Under the pieces are notes generated by a model. It had not been told where the DNA came from. It ran no database searches and worked only from the letters and a program-made list of their open reading frames with translations. The position numbers were made by a program, and so were the translations under genes. 62,782 bases of DNA from Trichinella spiralis (lineage: Eukaryota), in assembly GCF_000181795.1 (NCBI RefSeq), contig NW_003526945.1, positions 3,398,305 to 3,461,086 on the forward strand, in the 5' to 3' direction. This document shows, in pieces, positions 53,306 through 62,782 of the stretch (within the stretch, counting starts at the first letter, position 1; each line of letters starts with the position of its first letter).

Positions 53306-55712
53306 TTGAGTAATCAATTTTGTTGTATATATCTTTATATTATATATTGAATGCTGTAAAAAAAATATACCATGTATCGCTTATGTTTTTGTTATAAATA
53401 AATTAATAAATTCAGAATGACGCCTCAAAATTTTAGATATAAGAAAGTACTGCTGAATACAACTAATGCTGCTACAGTATGTCAACAGATGCTAAAAAGT
53501 ATATGGAAAGCATTCAGAGTAATAGCAAGTAAAGATGTGAAATTTTTATCATTCATCTAACGGGTGCAGCTGGATCCAATGAGCAGATTTAGCCAAAGCT
53601 AGTGTAAACAACAACATCAAGGAAAAGGAAAGTCAGTTCGTTCGACGCGGTGAAAAACAGTGCGAAGACTTAGTATGTGAAAAATACAATGCTTTCTTTG
53701 TGAATTTATAAGTAAGGTATTCTTTTAGTTATTAGTTTTAATATATTATGTGACTCAGTAACTATTCATTCTGCTTTGATGTTATTAATTAGGAAACATA
53801 GTAACATTGATATAAATTTTCTTTATAAGAGAGTATTATTTTGCGAGCAATCCGTTATTATTGCTAATTGGTAGATACGCTAATAAAAATCTAGTGTTGT
53901 AGTTTACATTTTTAGTAAGTCATTATCAATCCCTAATCTATTTTCTCATAATCCTATACACTTATAATCCATGTCTTATAAAATGATAGGGAGCTGGATT
54001 ATTATTATTTATTAATGAAAGGTAAATTAATGGAAAATTTTGAAATGCAGCTAGTTCCAAGCGTAAAATAAATTTTAAAATAGCAATTCATCCACCCGCA
54101 TTGTAAACACACATTAAAATAATATTAATTGTATCATCGAATATGATGATATATTTTGTGTTTTCTACTTTTCAAATTTTATTCATTCTTTTATAATAAT
54201 TTGAACATCAATGATAATGAGTAATGAGGAATAACAGACGATGAGTAGATAGTGAAGGTGATATGGTGATGATCTCTTACTTATCTATTCGTCTGAAAAA
54301 CAACAACCGTCTAAAAATCTGCCTCTTTTTGCTTCCTAATTTAATGAAATTAAAAAACAGATAATAATAAAAAATCATTTTTCAATATAAAAATTATTAT
54401 CTGTTTTATGCTCTATGCATTCATCAACACGTGTTTACAAAATTGATGCTTGATTACTTTTAATGGACACCGTTTCACTTGTTGCTTAACTTTTTGGTAC
54501 GAACAATTTGAACCACTGACTGTCTGTCTGGTGCAGTTTGATCAGTTTTTAAACGATAGCAATTGGCTTTGTGGACATCCAAACAAAGCAGAGATTGCGT
54601 CTTTCGAGCGCTTTCAATCAGCATATTAATCAGCAGAAATGAATAAAATAAAAATTTGCATGCGAAGTCGTTCGCTTTATTGACCTAATAGAAATCATTT
54701 CAGTTTGAGGCCGTCCGTGGATGGTGGCTCAGCGTTTTGATTGGAAAATTGACTGAAGACAAACATTGAAGCCAAACACTATTTTTGCTTTCTATTCATT
54801 ATTATTTTTTGGAACAATTTCTGAAAAATAATTTGTTAATCAACACCAAAAGAGCATGAACATGAACAATCAGAAGATGAAGCATTTAGCAGTAAGTGGC
54901 AGTTTTTTCATTTTTAAGTCATAATCACTTAACAATACAATAGAGAATCGATAATTATTAAATACACCCTGTACGCATTGTTTATCTATTATTAAAATAC
55001 GATCTTTCGAAAATCACCTTTGCAGTAGCTAACATGCACTTTTAATTGAGCACAAGCAAGCTTTTGCCCGAAAATTGTTCACTTAAAATTAGCTTCATTT
55101 CAGCTACTTGCTTTTCTGATTTAAGAAAATTTTCAGACATACGTAGTTGTATTTTGTCTAAGTGAATTTTGTTTAGTTACGGCGTTTTAGTTAGTTTATA
55201 TTTTGAATGGATTTTAAACGTCAAGGTCATTTTTGAATTTTAAAATAGTCCTTTCCTTATTGATAGAATTTAGCAGTACATTTCTTCTGCTCATATTACG
55301 GCTTAGGTTAGACTTCATCTTCAGCCAAAAGTTCTAACGCACTAAAACCCGGTTTCTAACGCTGCATTATGCAAATAACTATCGCTATAAGGCGCCTTAT
55401 CATCAGTAAGGGTGCGTTTGTTTGTTTAATTTACGTGGCAATTAGTAGCATCGTTGAACGTTCTCTGAGTTCATTACGGGCGTTAAGTAGCTGCGGAAGG
55501 CCGTTTCAGAATTACTGACAAGTATTCCACTTTTCTGCTTGTTATTTTTTTTAACTTTGTTTACTCATTTTGTAAACAATTATTTTTTAATTAGATAGCA
55601 CTTAATTATTATATTTGTTGTAATTCTACTTTGTGATAAAATGAGGACAATTTTGATTTAATATCATTATTGAAGGTTTAAAGAATGGAGCAAAGAAAAT
55701 GTGAAAACACGT

Positions 55713-55993
55713 NNNNNNNNNNNNNNNNNNNNNNNNNNNNNNNNNNNNNNNNNNNNNNNNNNNNNNNNNNNNNNNNNNNNNNNNNNNNNNNNNNNNNNNN
55801 NNNNNNNNNNNNNNNNNNNNNNNNNNNNNNNNNNNNNNNNNNNNNNNNNNNNNNNNNNNNNNNNNNNNNNNNNNNNNNNNNNNNNNNNNNNNNNNNNNNN
55901 NNNNNNNNNNNNNNNNNNNNNNNNNNNNNNNNNNNNNNNNNNNNNNNNNNNNNNNNNNNNNNNNNNNNNNNNNNNNNNNNNNNNNNNNNNNNN
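55713..55993. other. Assembly gap
   Basis: Run of N. Confidence 1.
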
Positions 55994-56671
55994 GTTATCC
56001 CATAGTTGTAATTAAGTTAACGACCAACCTACATGGCTGAGTTTTGAATTAATGCAGTACTTGGTCTTTCACGCAGCAAAATTTACGTATGCAACTGCTT
56101 TCATGTGTCGAAATAATTTTTGATTTTCGTTTATTTTGTAATTTTTGTTATTCATTACTTACATAATTTGATTTTGAACACTTTCTAAAGCAAATTTTTT
56201 AAATTTTATTTTTATTTTTCAAACTGTTAAACTTCAAACATTCATCAAACTTTATTTTCTCCTACTCTATTTTATACATTTTAATCATTTTTTAATTTCT
56301 CCTATTATTTCTTTTGATTCTTTTTCACTTTCACTTTTTTTCTTCTTATAGTGTAAATTTGCATGTTTTTTGCATTTATTTCTTCAAATATTTTTTCTCA
56401 GATTCTTTTTATTTTGAGTTTGACTTTGTAAAATCTCTGACACATGAAAGCATTGCATACTAATAAGTAAACACGTAATAAACCATGGAAAAATAATGGA
56501 CATGAAGAGGAAAGAAGACAAGTGGAGAAAGCCAAGATCGGTGAAAGGTTGTGGATAGGTTGGATGGAATCGTTTGTTGGTCAATTTGCGTTCGTTGGTC
56601 AATTCCGTTCGTTGGGCAAGTGAGAAAGTAAAGGACCCGTTGGAGAAGAATATATACGAATTTGCGATGTC

Positions 56672-57664
56672 NNNNNNNNNNNNNNNNNNNNNNNNNNNNN
56701 NNNNNNNNNNNNNNNNNNNNNNNNNNNNNNNNNNNNNNNNNNNNNNNNNNNNNNNNNNNNNNNNNNNNNNNNNNNNNNNNNNNNNNNNNNNNNNNNNNNN
56801 NNNNNNNNNNNNNNNNNNNNNNNNNNNNNNNNNNNNNNNNNNNNNNNNNNNNNNNNNNNNNNNNNNNNNNNNNNNNNNNNNNNNNNNNNNNNNNNNNNNN
56901 NNNNNNNNNNNNNNNNNNNNNNNNNNNNNNNNNNNNNNNNNNNNNNNNNNNNNNNNNNNNNNNNNNNNNNNNNNNNNNNNNNNNNNNNNNNNNNNNNNNN
57001 NNNNNNNNNNNNNNNNNNNNNNNNNNNNNNNNNNNNNNNNNNNNNNNNNNNNNNNNNNNNNNNNNNNNNNNNNNNNNNNNNNNNNNNNNNNNNNNNNNNN
57101 NNNNNNNNNNNNNNNNNNNNNNNNNNNNNNNNNNNNNNNNNNNNNNNNNNNNNNNNNNNNNNNNNNNNNNNNNNNNNNNNNNNNNNNNNNNNNNNNNNNN
57201 NNNNNNNNNNNNNNNNNNNNNNNNNNNNNNNNNNNNNNNNNNNNNNNNNNNNNNNNNNNNNNNNNNNNNNNNNNNNNNNNNNNNNNNNNNNNNNNNNNNN
57301 NNNNNNNNNNNNNNNNNNNNNNNNNNNNNNNNNNNNNNNNNNNNNNNNNNNNNNNNNNNNNNNNNNNNNNNNNNNNNNNNNNNNNNNNNNNNNNNNNNNN
57401 NNNNNNNNNNNNNNNNNNNNNNNNNNNNNNNNNNNNNNNNNNNNNNNNNNNNNNNNNNNNNNNNNNNNNNNNNNNNNNNNNNNNNNNNNNNNNNNNNNNN
57501 NNNNNNNNNNNNNNNNNNNNNNNNNNNNNNNNNNNNNNNNNNNNNNNNNNNNNNNNNNNNNNNNNNNNNNNNNNNNNNNNNNNNNNNNNNNNNNNNNNNN
57601 NNNNNNNNNNNNNNNNNNNNNNNNNNNNNNNNNNNNNNNNNNNNNNNNNNNNNNNNNNNNNNNN
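56672..57664. other. Assembly gap
   Basis: Run of N. Confidence 1.
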
Positions 57665-58184
57665 AGGGTGGGGGAGATTTTCGCGTTTTCGTCGATTCAG
57701 CGGGGGGGAAGGTTGCTTTTTTTTGTGAATTTTTTTTAAAAAAAAGTTTTCGGTTGCGGTGGAGGCCTGCCTTTCGGTCAGCCCGACCGCCCCCGCGCCG
57801 CCCCCCGCCCTCCTGCCCCGGGGACTCCCAAGGCATCATCGCCTCCTAGCCCACGTGCTGGCCTCACGATTTTGGCCGAGATGACCGTGGGTGGATCCAT
57901 CTGATCCACCCTCGACGGACCAGATGGCCATTCTGATCCGCCGAAGACGTAGCTTCCGCACTAGATGGCGTGCGTTGCCAGGCAGATGTGAATCGTTACG
58001 CCTACTAAGCCTTGCCGCCTCATGCACATCAAATTGCCGTCACACCTGATACTCAATATTAATGTACTGTCCTGCAGAACCAACTCATGTTTGCATACTT
58101 ACCGTATGATTTACAACTCATCATTATTGATTTAATGTATTATGCCTACTTATCTTTTCAAATAAAACTGACTACTGTAAGTTG

Positions 58185-58470
58185 CTGTTTTTTGCATTGC
58201 AATTAAAACATTCTAATTAATTATTAAAAAACCCTGTTGAAATATGTAGTTACGAGTGACGTTATTATACCTAATTAGAAAATATTATGACCCACTTTTG
58301 TGTTTACATTGTATGTTAATCATTTATTAAAAAACTCTCACTGCTAAAATATATTGTTACGAGTGACGTTATTTAACCTAATTGAAAATTAAAATACTCA
58401 GTGCAGCATTTACGTTGCATTTTAAACTTTCTAATTAGCATATTAAAATTAATCTCACATTTAATACATT
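58185..58470. repeat. Diverged ~110-bp tandem repeat (about 2.5 units)
   Basis: GTTACGAGTGACGTTATT..ACCTAATT.GAAAAT recurs at ~58248 and ~58356; TTGCA..TAAA...TTCTAATTA...ATTAAAA recurs at ~58197 and ~58415. Confidence 0.7.
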
Positions 58471-58647
58471 GTTTTCCTACATGTTACGGATTAATAACAT
58501 TCTATTTATAGAAGATTACTTCCTATTTATGAAAAGATTAAACTCGTTGCACCTTGTCTAAGCTAATTGTTTATTTCATTTATACGAAGTTTACTTTTGC
58601 CATTACCTAATTAAAAGAGACCCCGATTAACTTTTTATAAGTAAAAA

Positions 58648-58665
58648 NNNNNNNNNNNNNNNNNN
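58648..58665. other. Small assembly gap between overlapping contig ends
   Basis: Run of N flanked by a direct duplication (58483-58647 vs 58666-58845). Confidence 0.95.
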
Positions 58666-59723
58666 GTTAACGGATTAAATTAACATTTCTATTTATAGAA
58701 GATTAACTTCCCTATTTATGAAAAAGATTAAAACTCGTTGCACCTTTGTCTAAGCTAAATTGTTTATTTCATTTATACGAAAGTTTACTTTTTGCCATTA
58801 CCTAATTAAAAGAGACCCCCGATTAACATTTTTATAAGTAAAAAACTTATATTGAAACAATAACTAATTATGCAAAAATTAATAAATAAAATTATGCTAA
58901 TTTCATGTTTACTATATTACATCCCTTTAACTTATTACATTAGACTGTTTTAAAGTACAAATCTACTTTGACATTGCATTCTTTAAAGTAAAAAAACTGC
59001 TTTACACTAAAAAAGTATTATTATCAGTATACAATTAATGAATAATTTAAATCTTTTATAAGATGAAAAGCAAATGAAAAATTCAAAAAACTTTATGAAA
59101 TTTTACAACTATGGAATTTGCACAATTATTAGATGAATGAATATTATATTTTATTTATCATTTAAGTTCCTAAATGTATAAATTAATGTATGAAATTTTA
59201 ACAAATTTAAACTATTTAGCATTATTATAAGGGGAAACTCTCGATAGAGATTAATTTTAAATGTATCATGCCTAAACTGATGAAAGGTGCAACGCCAAAT
59301 GAACTAATTAAAGGTGTGACGGCAAATCTGATGTCAATCATTGGCCAAGTGTCAGAGCCAGCGTAACAATAACACAAACGCATAGCGACGCTTACCGTTC
59401 CTCTTGGGGGAGTAACGATCACCACTAGATTGGCACCGAAACAGAGTCTCGGCACTACGTCAATTGTGCGAATTTGCATAACTGCCTCTAGGACAGATAC
59501 GTCTTACGAATTCACATAGGTGTTGAAATCCCATTGCACAAGATTTCAAACAACGTCCATTACCACACAAATGGACAGGGTCATCTCTTTAAAACCGGTC
59601 TCTGGACAGCACGGGACTAGGAGACTCCGCCGAGGGAAGTCCCCGTTAACGGGCAGGAGGGCGGGGGGCGGCGCGGGGGCGTTCGGGCTGAAAAAAACCT
59701 TGCTTGAGATCCCATTGCTGGGA

Positions 59724-60628
59724 NNNNNNNNNNNNNNNNNNNNNNNNNNNNNNNNNNNNNNNNNNNNNNNNNNNNNNNNNNNNNNNNNNNNNNNNNNNNN
59801 NNNNNNNNNNNNNNNNNNNNNNNNNNNNNNNNNNNNNNNNNNNNNNNNNNNNNNNNNNNNNNNNNNNNNNNNNNNNNNNNNNNNNNNNNNNNNNNNNNNN
59901 NNNNNNNNNNNNNNNNNNNNNNNNNNNNNNNNNNNNNNNNNNNNNNNNNNNNNNNNNNNNNNNNNNNNNNNNNNNNNNNNNNNNNNNNNNNNNNNNNNNN
60001 NNNNNNNNNNNNNNNNNNNNNNNNNNNNNNNNNNNNNNNNNNNNNNNNNNNNNNNNNNNNNNNNNNNNNNNNNNNNNNNNNNNNNNNNNNNNNNNNNNNN
60101 NNNNNNNNNNNNNNNNNNNNNNNNNNNNNNNNNNNNNNNNNNNNNNNNNNNNNNNNNNNNNNNNNNNNNNNNNNNNNNNNNNNNNNNNNNNNNNNNNNNN
60201 NNNNNNNNNNNNNNNNNNNNNNNNNNNNNNNNNNNNNNNNNNNNNNNNNNNNNNNNNNNNNNNNNNNNNNNNNNNNNNNNNNNNNNNNNNNNNNNNNNNN
60301 NNNNNNNNNNNNNNNNNNNNNNNNNNNNNNNNNNNNNNNNNNNNNNNNNNNNNNNNNNNNNNNNNNNNNNNNNNNNNNNNNNNNNNNNNNNNNNNNNNNN
60401 NNNNNNNNNNNNNNNNNNNNNNNNNNNNNNNNNNNNNNNNNNNNNNNNNNNNNNNNNNNNNNNNNNNNNNNNNNNNNNNNNNNNNNNNNNNNNNNNNNNN
60501 NNNNNNNNNNNNNNNNNNNNNNNNNNNNNNNNNNNNNNNNNNNNNNNNNNNNNNNNNNNNNNNNNNNNNNNNNNNNNNNNNNNNNNNNNNNNNNNNNNNN
60601 NNNNNNNNNNNNNNNNNNNNNNNNNNNN
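59724..60628. other. Assembly gap
   Basis: Run of N. Confidence 1.
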
Positions 60629-62782
60629 CTATTCTCAAGCAATTACTTATTCTAATACTCAAACTATAGCAGTGCTAGAAACTCACTATGCTCAAAAATT
60701 GTCCTTTGAAATGATCGACAAATTATTCAACCATTTCACTTTCCGCAAATGAACCCTAAACTCAACTCGAAAGGCATGGGACATGAAAACGTTCAAATGC
60801 GGAAAGCCACTCAAATTAATTATAATAATACTCATGATCTACATCCAATTACTCTAATTAACAAATATCTGAATTAAATGCTCGATAACTTACAGCTTGA
60901 GTTTATATAAATTACAGACTCAAGAACTCCTCAGTGAAGTTTAACTAATTAGTCTAACTCATCAAATTATACTTACCAAACTTACCCTTGTCTTCTGGAT
61001 GTCTTCTTTTATCTTCAATTCTTCTGTATCTAAATATAGAAGAATTAATTTAATGAAATAATGCTATAATAAATAAAAAACAAAGCCGTTTTTATTGTTC
61101 TTCTTCTTCTGTCATCGTATTGAAACGCCATTGTTCATTCGCCGCACACCGTTCGCCTACAATCATTTGAAATGAGTTTCTAGAGCAACTAATAGTAGCC
61201 TCAGGAAAATTTACATAAAGTTCATTTCTATTGATTAACAAGTACGAAACGTATTTCATTTCGTTGAACAAATATTATGCAGGCCACGCATAAGCTCAAA
61301 AGCAAACAAATTGAAATGCAAATTCAAATTGAAACTGCACCACGCCTTTGTTTGAGAAGATAAGATTCTTCTATATCTAATAACACACCTTACTCAGTAG
61401 TTAAAGCAGAAGTAGATTGAGCAAACATCGCTGTCGATGCTTCTGTTAGTCAACAAAGTCAATTTAACTGGTGCACTGCTAATATGAAATTATTTCTGAA
61501 ACGGCCCAATTTGCATAAAGGACAGACACTGCGCACGTAGCAGTAAACGCATGCTTACGTAAGTTGGATACTCTAATATGAATTAGAACATAATGTCAAC
61601 AAAAAATAAACAATAATTGAGCACACTGGTGGCGCTCTATGCCAAGCATAATTAACTATATAAAAATGTTCATTTATCTAATGTCTTCATGGCGCAAAAT
61701 TTAGAAAAAAATATAAAGTAATAACAAAATTAAATTGAAAACGATTTCTATATAATAACGGCATTTTTCTGTCCTGCATAATAGACAACTCTATGCGCTT
61801 GGTCATATTCGACCTGCTAAGTTGAGAATAAAATTGAATGCCATAAGCAAGTGTAAATTGAAAAATTTATTGTCCTCTCCAATTAAATCTAGATGATTAC
61901 CTAAAATAGCAAATTGAAATATGGATTTGTTCAAAACCTTCAACGTTCAACTATATGTAATTGAGAATTCTGCTCTAAAAGTATTTCAAGTTTACGCATC
62001 TTCATGTTGAATATTGCTCAAGTACTTAAATATATATGCATTCATAGCAAAACAAAAGCAAAATAAGTTTCAGTATTAAATTTTCACCTGAATGTAGCAT
62101 CTTGCCTTCGCATCTTAGTTACGCATCGTCCCGTTTATCGAACAGCACTGTAATAAAATAATAACTATGGATACAGTGTTTGCATTTCTCTCATTTGCGT
62201 ATTACTTAGTAACCTTCTTATCGTTAATTTTCAATTTAAATAATGTATATTATTGTATATCCAATTATTGATTATCTTTCTATGATTTTATTTTTGAAGT
62301 ATGCTTTAACTTCATATTAAATGATGCATTTACTTTTCCACATTTTATCTGTTATATTTCATCTTTATACTTTCTATACTGTGCTCATGTAAGATAAAAC
62401 TGTTTGCTGGAATTACGTCATTAATTTGAACTGGTTTTTTTCACTGGCAATATTGCAGCTGTGGTGCAGCCGAGCCGGCAATCATGAGTTACATTAATAG
62501 CTGCAGATTTTCATATACCTTTAATTTATTGCTGTGTGATTCATGCCTGAATTCTAGATGTATTTTAATGTTGTTTATGATTTTTGCCTTTCGTGCTTGC
62601 TTGCGCACAACGAGACGTGTGATGATTTTCTGCCAAGCTTCACATTCCCTCGTCAGCCCAACAAAAATGTGAACCAGATTAACAGATACAATTTTGCATT
62701 AGTCGCCACAAATGCATTTTCATTCCACAGCTTCGCTATCTTGCACCTATTTTTCTAAAATTTCTGCCTAAAATTTAAAAAA

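Larger units (their letters stand above)
57778..59691. mobile_element. ~1.9-kb segment bounded by diverged inverted GC-rich repeats (candidate non-autonomous TIR/foldback element)
   Basis: 57778 TCAGCCCGACCGCCCCCGCGCCGCCCCCCGCCCTCCTGCCC is the reverse complement (1 mismatch) of 59651-59691. Similarity continues inward (GGGGACT, CTCCTAG, CGTGCTG, GAGATGACC, and CATCAAATTGCCGTCACACCT 58027-58047 vs AGGTGTGACGGCAAATCTGATG 59312-59333). No internal ORF. Confidence 0.6.

Noticed and set aside
53400..53720. Possible decayed transposase C-terminus next to repeat copy B
   Set aside because: Multiple stops and no diagnostic motif; not assignable without a search.
58483..58845. Apparent ~165-bp direct tandem duplication across an 18-N gap
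   Set aside because: The differences are almost all single-base homopolymer expansions in the second copy, typical of unmerged low-quality contig ends; assembly artefact.
55685..60752. Long ORFs (320-460 aa) in the ORF track
   Set aside because: They consist mostly of X from N gaps.

Overview
Eukaryotic, AT-rich, intron-containing genomic DNA from a draft assembly (four N gaps after 55.7 kb). Short GT-AG introns with TTTCAG/TTTTAG acceptors and the gene content suggest a nematode, most plausibly a clade I species such as Trichinella (inference, no database check). I assembled spliced gene models by eye. Positions 1-16.6 kb form a compact block: an NDUFA4/MLRQ-like gene (partial), ATG4, a small SIM+RRM gene, an orphan multi-exon gene, TCF25/Rqc1 and a divergent CDC7 kinase. 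A ~13.5 kb gene-free region precedes a PRD-class homeobox gene with Homeobrain (hbn) diagnostic residues. After it come a glycine-rich orphan, a classical SDR head-to-head with prohibitin 1, a small membrane ORF and a 7-exon Wnt that best fits the WntA subfamily. The repeat- and gap-rich tail contains a pair of inverted GC-rich G-quadruplex-type repeats. Most notable: hbn-like and WntA-like genes (families I know of no ortholog for in C. elegans), a CDC7 lacking both substrate P+1-recognising arginines and the APE motif, a ~45-aa insertion in the Wnt, and two unannotated repeat families. I found no prokaryotic-type system, CRISPR array or recognisable RNA gene.
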